From Proteromonas lacertae (Eukaryota), in assembly GCA_002245135.1 (NCBI GenBank), contig NGBS01000595.1, positions 62,001-126,000 of the forward strand: 64,000 nucleotides of DNA, in the 5' to 3' direction. This document shows positions 41,236-54,100 of the stretch, piece by piece. The position numbers were made by a program, and so were the translations under genes. Each line of letters opens with the position of its first letter. Position 1 is the first letter of the stretch. Below the pieces are notes generated by a model. The model made no database searches and was not told the DNA's origin. It saw nothing but the letters and a program-made list of their open reading frames with translations.

Positions 41236-43330
41236 TTGTATCTACCACCTTTAAAAAGTATAAAAATACTAATATATTTCACTCCATATGAAGAAATAGA
41301 ATATAATGAAAATGTAGTATTTGAAATAAGTGGAATAAGTACTCAAACAGTAGAAATAAGAGGAAGAGGATCTCAATTACATTTAGAATTAGTAGATTTG
41401 AGAAAACAAGTAATCAATTTTGGTAAAGTAGAAGTGAATAGTGAGAATAATAAGAGTATAGAAATAATCAATCGTAGTTTATATACTTACAATTTCGAAG
41501 TAGTAAATGAATCAAATGAAGGAATGTTTGGTGATATAAACTGTGTAAGTATAAGTCCAAAAGGTGAAATAACAATAAAACCAAAACAAATGATTAGTTT
41601 GGATATAAATTTCCATCCAAATCAGAGATTATTAGCATTTGAGAATCATTACAATGTAAAAATCAATGGTGGTGAAGCATTATCATTCTTTACAGTAAAA
41701 GGCGCTTGTCAAGGTGTAGATGTAGTGATAGAAATCTCTTTATTACAATTTGGAGCAGTGTGTTTAGGTTCATCAGTAACTCGAAAGATCTTATTAAGTA
41801 ATGAAGGTGATAAACGAACCAAATTCCGATGGAATTCAGGTCAATTTGCTCCAAATTTCTCTATAATTCCAGTGGAAGGTACTTTACTACCAAATATTCC
41901 AATGTCATTAAATATAACGTTTACTCCTCAGAATTTGAGTAATGATATTCGATGTGATAATTTGAGATTGACATTATCAGGTTCTTGTGTAGGTCAACCA
42001 GAAGCAGGTGATAAAGAATTGAGATTTGAATGTGAAGTTCGAAAAGAGAATAGTCAAATAATCAAATTAAGTAATCCAACAAATGATAGTTGGTTTTTAC
42101 ATCCAACAATTCAAAATGAAGTATTTAGTGGAAATCCTTCAGTAACAGTTCCAGCGAAAGGTACAGTAGATTATACTGTAATATTCAAACCAACAACTTA
42201 TAATGGTGATGGAACAAAATTAGATTTATCAGCCAATGCCAGTCGACCTCCATCTGAAGCAGGAAATCGAAAAGATGGTAAAGGAAAGAAAGGAAAGAAA
42301 GAGACAAATGCAGGATTTAATTGGAATAATCCTCATAAAGGAAGTTTATTTATATCTTTACCTGATGGAAATACAGTGAATTATAATTTATTAGGAGCTT
42401 GTTCTTTACCTCAACCAATGGAAATTCCTTCAAATATTGAATTAGAAACAACATGTAAGAAATCTTTTGTATCCTTACCAGTATATAATTGGATGAAAAC
42501 AGCTCAAAGATTCAAAGTAGAACTTGGTGATTTACCAAATAATTCAACATTTATAAAAGTTCCAAATGTAATAAACATTCCAGCTTTAGCTTCAAGAGAA
42601 TGTCAATTGAATTTCTTAGCTTATAAACCAGGTGCAACAGAAATAATGTTAAGATTTATCTGTGAAGAAAGTGGTGAATATTGTTTCTATCAATTCACTA
42701 TCAATGCAACAAATGCTGATATAATGAATAGTTATGAATTAGTAACTCATGTTCGATAAGTAGCAAAACAAACAATAACAATAAATAACCCATTACCTCC
42801 AATCCTTGTGTTCGATTATCAGTAAGTAAAGAATTAAGTGGTCATAAAGATGGAAGTTATTCAATCGAATATCGACCATTATTAGCAGGTGAAAGTGAAT
42901 GTGATGTGACAATAATAACAAACGAATTAGGTGAATTTAACTACAAATTGAAACTAAAAGCATTAGAAAGTGGTTATGAAAGAGGATATAATATGTCATG
43001 TGGTTTAGGTGGTAAGATAGTAGAAGAAATCAAATTTACGAGTTATTGTCCAGCAAATACTGAATATAAATGTACAATCGAAGGATGTAAAGATTTTACA
43101 GTAGAGAATGTAGTGAAAGTAAATGGTTCAACAACTTGGGATGGAATTGCATCAATCGCCAAAGTGAGTTATGAACCATGTCAAATAGGTGATGTAAAAG
43201 CGATATTAAAAATCGATTCTCCTCAAGGTGGTTTATATAAATATCAATTATTTGGAAAATGTTTATCACCTCAACCATTAGGTCCATATACAGTAGGAAA
43301 AGGCAAACAGATCAGTGTTCCATTTTATGA
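41236..43330 (+). pseudogene. HYDIN: Hydin C-terminal fragment inside the Polinton
   Basis: LQFGAVCLGS, LTLSGSC, HKGSLFISLPDG, LPVYNWMKTAQRF, GGLYKYQLFGKCLSPQPLGPY; 507 open codons then stop and deletion. Confidence 0.88.
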
Positions 43331-44933
43331 ATATATTTCCATTACCTATTCCAAAGTAACTCATAGCTTTACTGAGTTGTTTTGCTTGATCTAAATTACT
43401 CACTGCGCTACCAAAATTAGTGAGTGAACTTGGAATTGTTTGTTGTGAACGTTTTACGTAGTTATCCATTTTGATTGCATTCTTGTGTTGATATGGTGTT
43501 GGTTTTAACCAATTCAATAAACCACCTGCATCTAGCAAACCAAAACAAGCAGTCAATGCACTGAATACTGTTCCTATACCTGCAACAGTTTGTAATGTAC
43601 CTGTTGGATCAGCTGCAACAGCAGTTTTTGCCATTGATGGCATAGCTTTTGATAATTCACTAATACCTTTAACTGCTGCTGCAGCAGTTGTTGCATCACC
43701 TCCATTTGCAGCTGCAGCTACAGTTGCTGCTGTTTTTAATGTATCACCTACATTTTTTGCATCTATATTTCCTATATTAGAAAATTTGTAGAAGAATGGA
43801 ACTAATTGAAATAAGTATCGAACATATGGATGAGTATTGAACATAAATGACACACCAAAGTTATACAACAAGTCTACAGGTAGCCATGATTTTTGAATTG
43901 CTTCAGGTAACATTGACTTAACTTTTTCTGAATTACCATAATACAAGTCAGTGATAGCAGGTAATCTACCACCTGACAGCATACGAATTATCTCATAGTA
44001 GTCGAAAATGAAGTACCACATTACATACAAGAACCCTGATGTTGGTAGTTTGGATTTTTTCCATAACCAATAAGCTAAACATGTCATTACTATTGCACGT
44101 ACATATTTCATTGCATGATCTACTTCAAACATTTGAGGAGTAACTCCACCTACCAAATATGATTTCATTGTATAGTATATTTGTGGAAATATCCTAAATA
44201 CATTCTCTACACACAGGAACAAATTACCAGCAAAACCCATAAAATCAGATTCACATAATGAATCGAGTGCTTTTTGAAATTGTGAATTTTCAAATTGTGC
44301 CCATGAACTACAAGCAGTTTTCACTAAACCAATAGCTATTTCATATTTTTGTCTATTATCTGCATTCACCCACTCTTGAGGAAGTGAGTGACCTAACTTC
44401 TCTCTGTTATAATCAAAGTTAATGAAATCTCTACTATTCTGTGATGCTATTTCATTCAGTTCTCTATATTTATCTTCATTAATTAATGTACACTGTCCTT
44501 CACCCATATCTATAACACTATTCATCAGTTCTTGATTTTTTGGATCTAATGCCCATCTATAAAATTTTGATCTTTCTAATATCTCTTGATCATCCATATA
44601 TCTTTGTGCCTTTTGATTATTCAATGCAATATATTCTTTTACTTTTTCAGCTCGATTCGGATCAAAATTATATGGATCTGAATATTGATTGATCTTACTT
44701 ACTCCATCAACTAATTCATTTTGCAAATACTCCTGCTGTAGTAATAGTTTGTTATAATATTCTATTGCATCTTTATCATTACCTGTTAATTTATCACAAG
44801 TTGAGGTCAACCAATCTTGTCTATAATTTTTATAGGCTGCTAATTGAGGATTCTTTTCTATAATCTCTTGTAGTGATTTATAATTTTGTAATTTAGGAAA
44901 TTTTTGTAACAAAGGATCTGTTACTCTATTCAT
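43278..44933 (-). CDS. Polinton protein of unknown function (551 aa, hydrophobic central region); last ~15 codons read through antisense Hydin
   Basis: Long ORF; paralogous to 47737-48880; similarity ends at GNGN. Confidence 0.7.
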   Translation of the reverse strand: MNRVTDPLLQKFPKLQNYKSLQEIIEKNPQLAAYKNYRQDWLTSTCDKLTGNDKDAIEYYNKLLLQQEYLQNELVDGVSKINQYSDPYNFDPNRAEKVKEYIALNNQKAQRYMDDQEILERSKFYRWALDPKNQELMNSVIDMGEGQCTLINEDKYRELNEIASQNSRDFINFDYNREKLGHSLPQEWVNADNRQKYEIAIGLVKTACSSWAQFENSQFQKALDSLCESDFMGFAGNLFLCVENVFRIFPQIYYTMKSYLVGGVTPQMFEVDHAMKYVRAIVMTCLAYWLWKKSKLPTSGFLYVMWYFIFDYYEIIRMLSGGRLPAITDLYYGNSEKVKSMLPEAIQKSWLPVDLLYNFGVSFMFNTHPYVRYLFQLVPFFYKFSNIGNIDAKNVGDTLKTAATVAAAANGGDATTAAAAVKGISELSKAMPSMAKTAVAADPTGTLQTVAGIGTVFSALTACFGLLDAGGLLNWLKPTPYQHKNAIKMDNYVKRSQQTIPSSLTNFGSAVSNLDQAKQLSKAMSYFGIGNGNIFIKWNTDLFAFSYCIWT

Positions 44934-45782
44934 TCAATTATCATATGCCTGAACATCTGCTTCTGTAACATATTCAGGCCAGTTCAAAAGATAGCTTCTT
45001 GGATTAGATGTATCTAATTCTGCTAATGGGAATGTTCCTCTTAAATGTCCTTTTTTATGTTCACGATCTAGCATATCATAAAAATTAATATGATAATTGT
45101 TAGGTAACATTGAAGCATAATTATTAGTTAATGCATATTGAACTTCTTTTCGAGCTTGTCTATTCAAACCTGGACTAAATAATTTATCATAATTCCAATT
45201 ATAATCATATCCTACAGTTTCTTTTGGTATATATGGTTGAATATATTCTGGTATTTGACTTGGCTGTAATTGTGATGTTCCATTATAAGCAGCACTAGCA
45301 GCATCATACATTTGTTGTCTTGGATTAGTAATAATGACATGCTCATTAGGACCAACACTTTGACCCACTCTTAATGGTATAATACCACTATTACCACCTA
45401 ATTTCTTAGTAGCCAAGAGATGCCTCCGTGGGATACTCTCTAATTTTAGTTTATTTCTTCTGTGATGTTTCTTATGTTTGAAATGAACATGTTTTCTTCT
45501 ACCTGAACCTGTCTTTGGATATCCATCTAAAGACATACCAAATAAACCATAATTTACTTTAGGCCATAAATGATATTCACTACCCATACCATTAATTAAA
45601 TTACACACATCTGATCGTGCTTCTGGAACACTATGACCACATTGATATTTGAAATAATGTAAGTAATCTGTCAATTGATCTATTGTTCCTCCATAGCTGG
45701 AATACTTTGATATAATATCCAATGGCAATCCTACATTTTTACATACATTTTCTAAATCTTGTTTTGTATTATTCATAACCAT
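44934..45782 (-). CDS. Polinton protein with basic His/Lys/Arg tract (possible virion core protein)
   Basis: 282-aa ORF abutting next gene; TGSG-RRKHVHFKHKKHHRR; paralog at 47070-47444. Confidence 0.65.
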   Translation of the reverse strand: MVMNNTKQDLENVCKNVGLPLDIISKYSSYGGTIDQLTDYLHYFKYQCGHSVPEARSDVCNLINGMGSEYHLWPKVNYGLFGMSLDGYPKTGSGRRKHVHFKHKKHHRRNKLKLESIPRRHLLATKKLGGNSGIIPLRVGQSVGPNEHVIITNPRQQMYDAASAAYNGTSQLQPSQIPEYIQPYIPKETVGYDYNWNYDKLFSPGLNRQARKEVQYALTNNYASMLPNNYHINFYDMLDREHKKGHLRGTFPLAELDTSNPRSYLLNWPEYVTEADVQAYDN

Positions 45783-46279
45783 TTGCTTAACTGATTCATA
45801 ATAGCATCTACATTATATCTTTGTTGTTGTTGTATTGGTTGTGTGTTATTTTGGAATGTTGGCTGGGCTGTTGCCGCCGCGGCGGCAGCAGCACCTGCCA
45901 TCATTCCGGCGTAACTTGCAGCATTTGAACTTTGATTATTATAACCTGCACCAGTTGTAGGTATTGAAGTTGTATTATTATAACTGGGGGCAGTTGTAAC
46001 ATTCGATGCTTGAATATTTGAAGTGGCCGGCGCACTCGTCGAATTTGTTGTTGAAGGAGTAGCACCAAATATACCTCTGAACCAATTGTATATATTACTT
46101 AGTGATGTAGTAAAGAAACCCATTATACTATCTAACTTAGAATGAATCCATTGTGGCATATCCATTGGAGGAACTTTTCTCCAATGATTATATACCAAAC
46201 TGACAAAATTAGGAGTTAACATTGATACAAAAGATGCTGCATTAACCCATGCTGGGGATAAACCAAATATCCATTGCAT
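45773..46279 (-). CDS. Polinton protein, Ser/Thr/Ala/Gln-rich, probably 5'-disrupted
   Basis: 168-aa ORF overlapping start of next gene by 10 nt. Confidence 0.5.
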   Translation of the reverse strand: MQWIFGLSPAWVNAASFVSMLTPNFVSLVYNHWRKVPPMDMPQWIHSKLDSIMGFFTTSLSNIYNWFRGIFGATPSTTNSTSAPATSNIQASNVTTAPSYNNTTSIPTTGAGYNNQSSNAASYAGMMAGAAAAAAATAQPTFQNNTQPIQQQQRYNVDAIMNQLSKWL

Positions 46280-47069
46280 AACACCACTATATCCTATTCC
46301 TACATTTAAAATACTTTAATATTGCACCAACAGTACTATCAGGAAATAATATATCAAACACTTGTGAAATAGAACCTAATGTCATAGTGCATAAGCAGAA
46401 CTTCACACCAAATTTCAACCAATCGTATGTTGTATTACCTGAAAAATATCATCTTCATCTCCAATAGTATCATAAAATCTATTGAAACTGGATTTAGGAT
46501 CATAGATGTCTGATCCATATGTACCATTGCCTTTGTCAACAATAGCTGTTTGATTGGCAAGATGACTAAGGTCTAGTTTTATACGTGTGTTATCTTTCAC
46601 CTTGTTATAGATGATCTTTTTCAATTTACTCTTAAGTGCATTATGTTACACAGAGGAATTCTCAAAATCAATTGCTTCTTCTTATGGTGATGGTTGTTGC
46701 TTATGCTTTCGTTTAACACCCATAAAATATATAAAAACAATATAAAAAAATAGAGAAACAATACTATTAGAAATATAGCCGTTATTGATATTATAGATGA
46801 TATTATTTTTTCTTCTGTTCTACAGGCTGCCATCCATCATCATCAAAATCATCAGAATAAAAATCAGAATCAAATTCATCATCTTCTTGTTCTTGTTTTT
46901 GTTCTTGTTCTTCTTCATCAAAATCAGAATCAAATTCATCTTCTTCTTTAATATCATCTTTTTCAGTATTATTGGCTTCTCTCCAATACTATCTTATTTC
47001 TTTTTGTTCTTCTGGTGTTAGATATTGTATTATATTCTCAAGTTCATCATTTGTTAATTTTGTAATATC

Positions 47070-49430
47070 ATGTTTAACATCAGTAAACATGTTCATTTCA
47101 AAAAACATAGAAAACATAATAGGAAGAGTAAATTGAAATTAAAATCAATTCCACATAGGCATTGCTTGGCTACTAACGTTTTAGGAGGTGTTGTACAACT
47201 AAATATGGGAACAACAGTAAAACTTAATGAACACTTTGTTGTTCCCAATCCAAGACAAAGTGTAGATGAAGGTAAAATACCAATCTATATACCAACTCAA
47301 TTACCAACTAATGTACAACGATATATACCAGAACAGCCTGTTGGAAACAATTATAATTGGAATTATAATAAATTGTTTGGACCTGGTTTAAATAGACAAG
47401 CTAGAAGAGAGATTCAAAATCAAATCACAATTAACTATGATTAACAATTATCTAATAATTGTCACATTGATTTATATGATATGAGAGATCCACCACATAA
47501 GAAAGGTAATTTAGATTAAGTATACAAAAACTATAAAAATAATATATTATCTAAAGGATGGGACTATATTATGGGAAATAATAAGGAAATGGATGAATAT
47601 TATAATAAGCTATTATTGCACAAGAGTACTTGCAAAATGAATTAGCAGATGGTGTTAGTAAAATACATACTTATTCTGATCCATCTAATCTCGATGCTGA
47701 AAAAGTTAAATAATATATTGCATTAAATAATCAAAAATGGGTAGAGTAATGAACGATGATCAAATAAAATACCAAACACTCTTTTTTAAATTCGCTACAG
47801 AGAATCCAGACATTATGTCAAAAGTTCCAGATATAGGTCAAGGTGAATGTTCACCAATAAATGAAGATTATTATAGAATGCTTAATGAAGTAGCTTCACA
47901 AAATAGTAGAGATTTCATTAATTTTGATTATAATAGAGAGAAATTTGCTCATGAACTTCCTGAAGATTGGATGGCAGCTTCTAATCCAGAAAAAGTATCG
48001 ATAGCATTTGGTTTGCTGAAAACAGCATGTTCATCATGGGCAAAATTTGAAAATTCACAATTTCAGAAGGCATCGGACTCTTTGAAGGAAACTGATTAAC
48101 AGGTTTTGTAGGTAACTTATTGTTGTGTGTAGAAAATTTGTTTAGGATATTTCCTCAGATATATTATACATTCAAAGATTATTTAGTTGGTGGAGTGACT
48201 CCTCAAATGTTTGAAGTAGATCATGTAATGAAATATGTATGTACAATATTACTTTCATGTTTGGCTTTTTGGTTATGGAAGAAGGCAAAATTGCCAATGA
48301 CAGGCTTCCTGTATGTAATGTGGTACTTCGTGTATGATTATTACGAAATTATTCGTATGCTGTCAGGTGGTCGTTTACCTGCTATAACTGACTTATATTA
48401 TGGTAATTCAAAAGCATTACAAAACTGGTTACCGATAGATTTAATTTATAATTTTGGTACATCATTTTTGTTCAATAAACATCCCTATATCAGACATTTG
48501 TTTCAAGCAGTGCCATTTTTGTTTAGGTTTACTGGTATGTCACCTCCTAATTTAAGTAATGTTAGTTCAGGATCGATATTGAAAGCTGCTCCAGAAGTGT
48601 TAGCACAGGATCCAACAGGTACAGTACAGACAGTTGCTAGTGTAGCAACAGTGATGACAGCACTCACTGGAGTCATTGGTTTGTTGGATGCACGTGGTTT
48701 ATTAAACTTCCTGAAGCCAGAAGGACATAAACATAAGAATAGAATACAATTTGCTAACTACGTTCCAAAACAACAACAATCAATTCCAAGCTCATTCACT
48801 AATTTTGGTAGAGCAGTGAGTAATTTAGATCAATTAAAACAAGTTAATCAAGCTTTAAATTGGTTTCAAAGAGGTAATGGAAATAAAAAATTAATTTCAC
48901 GTAGGAAAGTTTTGTATAACAGTATCGCTTCAGATGCCTTATCGAACTTTGATATAGAGTTAATTGTGAAAAATGAGTTCAATAATTTTCATGGAAAGTT
49001 CATGGGAGTCTTTTGCTGGGACAAGCTTGTACTTCCTATACCCAAAAAGAAGAATCAATGGGGAATCATAATCAATACACTCACCACACAAGCTAGCCCT
49101 GATTCTATAGGTCATTGGGTGGTCTTAGTAGTTGACAATATCAAGAAACAATTCCTGTACTATGATTCATTTGGTGAAGATCCTCAACACTTGGAAGAAT
49201 TTAAAAAGAATTTGAAAAAATTAAAGAAGTATCATAATGAAAAGTATGAACTTAAAATCAATGGAGTACAGAATCAAAATTCAAATACTGCCAACTGTGG
49301 ATTTTTTGCTATTAATTTTTGAAAAATATTTTAAGAGATCAGTGTAGTTTCAAAAAGGCTACTGACTATAATACAATAGTGGGTGAAGCAAAAATTAAGT
49401 TAATGAAAAAAGCAATTTGGTTTAATATAA
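47070..49430 (+). pseudogene. Inverted paralogous gene pair ending in an adenain/Ulp1-like cysteine protease
   Basis: Paralogs of 282-aa and 551-aa ORFs with stops/frameshifts; C-terminal IINT..GHWV..YYDSFG..Q..NCG catalytic motifs. Confidence 0.85.
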
Positions 49431-49469
49431 AAAGAAATATTCGTTTATTTTTTTTGGTGTTATTCTATT

Positions 49470-50760
49470 GATTTATCATCTTTTCTAATTCTGGGTCTTT
49501 GTAATATTCTTCTGAACCAAGTATCTCGTGCTTCATCTTTTTTCACTAACTGCAACTCATAGTGCTTAAAATGAATAAGTGAAAAATCTGGTATCTCTCT
49601 ACCATCTTGATCTCCTAAACAATACGAATATCTATTTATTTTAATTATTTTGTATACATGATCTGATCAGTATATATTCTTATCCAATTTACGTCCTCGT
49701 TCCTTAAATCTCACTAAGTCACCAACTTCGAAATTTTGATCACTTTTTTCAAGTTTTTCAAAATTTTTCAAATTATAGTTTAATGATTTCTGTAATATTT
49801 GCTTTTGCAATTCAGGACTATGAAATACCTCATTTGGTGTATATCCTTTGATTCCTGGTAATGGTTTATTGTTATAGTCATTTACCACTTCTTGTATTAT
49901 TTGATTAAATTATATTATATAATTTGGATCTTTAGGTACATGTATATCTCCATGGTCAATATCAGCTACATATTCAGGTGCTTCAAAACCAATATCTACC
50001 AAGTGTTTGTACAATAATTTTTTTATCACACTGACTGACCTATCCAATAGAGACTCTACCTTATGCTCACTGGTCTCTTTCATATAGTATTGTATACCTT
50101 CTTGACAAAATTTAAAAACATTATAAAAACCACTTTCTTGATCTGACAAAATACTTACCACATTTTTATGTGTTTTGTTACCATAATTATCATACTCATA
50201 GTACCAATTTAAAAATGCAGGCATTATATCATATTCACCTCTTTTACCAGCAACTGGTGTAACCCATACTTTTCTAGAGTTTAATTCAATTAAATACAAG
50301 TGAGGTAAATTAGGCTAGAAAAATACCAAGTCCATTTGGAAATACCCTGGCTTTTTGATAGTAGCGAACGGATTATTTTTTTGTACTTGAAATCAACTAC
50401 TTGCTTCCCAACTTGTCTCCTTAGATATTCCCTAACAACATCTGGTGGTGGTGGTGTATCATTGAGGTTTTTTACTTGTTGGGTCATTTTCACAAATTCA
50501 TCATCTTTTAAATAATATTATTTTTTATAAAGTTCATCTAGTTGTTCTCTATATTGAGCAATTTGTCCTGCCATTTGGTCATCATACGAAGCTTCTCTTG
50601 GTGCAATCTGTATATTCGGTGCTCCATTGTTAATATATGCTGCAAGTGATAAGTTCCCGTTTGTAGGAGCCTGTTTAATTGGATAAGGAGTTTGGATGTT
50701 ATAGCTGCTATATAAATGTGGATCATAAGTATTAGTGCTAGACATATAGACCAAAAACAC
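49470..50760 (-). pseudogene. Retroviral-like (rve) integrase, frameshifted
   Basis: FQMDLVF, IELNSRKVW, ILSDQESGF, DRSVSVIK, YNNKP..GYTPNEV, FEVGDLVR across three or more frames. Confidence 0.85.
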
Positions 50761-51175
50761 AAAACAAGAATAATGATGAAATTCATTAATATCATTAGTA
50801 TTAAGCTACTTTAAGAAATTATAGGTGATAGTAATAAGATTTTCGTTATTTATTTTAAAACACCATCTAATTGAATCATTATATGTTTTATGCAGATATT
50901 CATTGATTTCTTTGAAACATGGACCCAACTTGATTTGTATTGGTTTTTTGGGTGCTGGTGCTGGTGCAGATTGAATCGAATGATGAATGTTGCTTCTGCG
51001 ATGTTTAGGATGAAATCTATAGACTTAGAAAAAATCAAATTTACCCACCAACGCGATATGTGGTCTTAGTACGTGCCATAGGATGAGTTAAGAAAAACAT
51101 TAAGAATTGGAATAATTTTAATAATTTATCCGTTTCAAAAATAAACACAATTAATATGAAATGAGTTATTTATTT

Positions 51176-54100
51176 TTATATGGGAACTACATCATCATCA
51201 TCCTTCTTCTCTTCTTCAATATTTTTTATAACATCATTATATGGCTCTGAGTGATAAACATCAATATATTTTCTTTTCACATAGAAAATCGTAAATGCTA
51301 ACTTATTCATGCGGACTGTATAAATGCATTGACTTGCTGTTCTAAATGAGAATTGCTCTACATATACTTTTTTAGACTCAGTGAGAATATCATAATAATA
51401 TTTGAAATCACACGTTTGTAATCGAAATCCTTTAGTCACACCTTTGGCTCTAGAATCACTTAACAACAATGAATTTGTTCCATCGATCCTTTGTTTTTCA
51501 TATGCATACATTTTTGCTTTCAAACCACAAAATTTTGTAATTGTATACAAACCATTCTTATTTTCTTCTAATTTCATCAAATTCAATTCTGAAGTTCTGT
51601 GTGAGTTTGTATATCTAATACCTTTGGATTTTAAAAAATCACAATTAATATTACCAGTATCCATTCTACCTTCAAATGATGGGTCTTTCATAATATCTTC
51701 ATAGATATCCTTTGTAAATACCTTGAATATGAAGCTATCTGTATCAGTCATTAAAAGCTTGAGGCTTGACCCATATTTTCTATACAAAGTACCATACCAA
51801 AATTTACTCATTAAATGCTTGCTTTCAAATAATATACACATTCCTATATAACTTGGTTTGTTAACCTGACATTTATATTTTTTAAATTTGCATATTCTTA
51901 AATCACAACCATCTATACTAACAAACCCACTAAAATAAGGATTGCTAGAACACTTTAAGAAATCTTCTTCATTATTGACTAATTTTGATCGACATCGATT
52001 TTCTGTATTTTCACACATTTTTCCATAGGCTGAATTGAGTAACAATTTGAATGTATCTGCTTCTGCTTCTCTCTTGTGTTGTTTGGCTTCTCTACGTAAC
52101 AAGTGACACTTCATCACAAAATCAAAACAGAAGTGATATTCTTTAAAGGATATGATACGATGTATTTTTGTGATCTTATAACCTAAGGATACACAGAAAT
52201 TCAAATATTGATAGTGTACAACATATTTTGGTTTTCTTGATAAATCCAATATAATTCTAGGTGTGTTGCTTTTAAGTTGTTTTTTCTTATTCACCAATCC
52301 TAGCTCCATAGCCCAACTTTGTTGTAACTGTGATAAGTTTTCGTACTTTATACACTTCTTTTCAGGTAATAATGGATATTCATCGAATTTGTGAGTGTTT
52401 GAGGGAGGCTCGATATTCACCTCTAATATATAACCTCTGGAGTCTTTATTATCCCATTCATCATTTACATGCTCTTCTTTGTCACTAATCATTTCTTCAT
52501 ATGTTTTGATGTTATATATTTGACTGTAATACATATCCATCAATTCCTGCTCATTTCCTTCTTCCCACTTGAAATCAGCATATGGTAGTTTCATTGTAGC
52601 CATTGTACTTGGATATAGTGAATTGTAATCTACATAGCAAATATATGATTCTATCTGAGGAGGATGTTCTGCTATATAGGGTGGGTCCATATAGTGATTA
52701 TGTGCTTCTTCTAAACGACTCGATCCAACCATAGATATGCCACCTATTAAACCACTGTGAATAAAATCGTATTTATCTTGGTCGCTAAGCAACTCTATCT
52801 CCACTGGACAATATTTCAAAAACACACTCCATGACAAACCAGGTGATGATAAGTGCCAACAAGGGTCTAAATCAAAGTTTTTAAAAACAACTTTTCTGAA
52901 GTGATCAAATACTGAGGATAAAGTGAGAACATCCATGGCTAAATAAAATTTATTATAATCCATTAAATCTTTACACTGAATGACATCCCACAACTCACAG
53001 CATGATGCATACTCTATATCTGTTATATTATCACTCTGTTTTAATTTTGAAGCAAAATCTTCTTTTTTAGGTAAACGGCTAGTTTTATAATATTTGTCCA
53101 AACTATCACAATATTCATATGGGAAGTGTCCCTTCTCTAACCCCCACTTATCTATGAAATCTTCCACTGACCATCCACTACTGGTCAATTTTTGATAGAT
53201 GAATTGTTCTCTGTCAGTAACAAAGTCATATACTGGTTTGAATAAATATTTTTTATTTGAGTGTTCATTTGCTTCTACTTTTAATGACTTTACTAAACTA
53301 TCCAATGATGCTGGCATGAACTGACAACTGTCTATGAATCTTAACTTCTTGAATTTGATCATCAAAAATTTATTATCTGTTTTCATTAAAACGGATAGTT
53401 TTGTTCGATATCTCTTTTTCTTAGGTTTAGGTCTTGGTTCAGGTTGCTGAGGTAATATAGGTGGTGATACAGATGATCTATCATTTAATGGTGACAATGT
53501 CGGTGATACATTTACAACATTATCTCTATGTATCATTTCATGTAACATATGGAATGCTTCTTCATCATTGTTTTCTAGTGGGATCAATATTTATTATTGT
53601 CACAATGGGATCCATGCTTCTTGGAGTATCACATTCTTCAATGTCACTATCTTCTTCAGTATCAGCATTATAGTTGGCTATCAACGCTTGTTCCTCTTCC
53701 ATCTTTTTTTCTTCTTCTATGCTATCATTATAGTTAGATATTAAATCAGGAATTGGAATATTGATTTGATTCTGGTTTGATTCTTGAATTTCAATTTCTG
53801 GCAGATCTGCATCCTGTATAGTGTTCATGTTCTCCAAAACCCATTGTGCTTCATATTCTTTGTCTTTCTTAGCTAATGCTCTGATAATAAAATTATTATC
53901 GTAATTTTTGCTATTATGTGCCAACACTGGAATATACATATTTCTTAAATCACAATGCCAGTTACACTTATTACATAGAGTTGCTATGTATTGACCAGTG
54001 AAGTGGTCATGGTGCTTAACAGGTCTCAAATCTTTATCTTTACTGATAAATTGCTTATGACAATATGCACATTCTTTATTCGCATCATCTGATTCAATAT

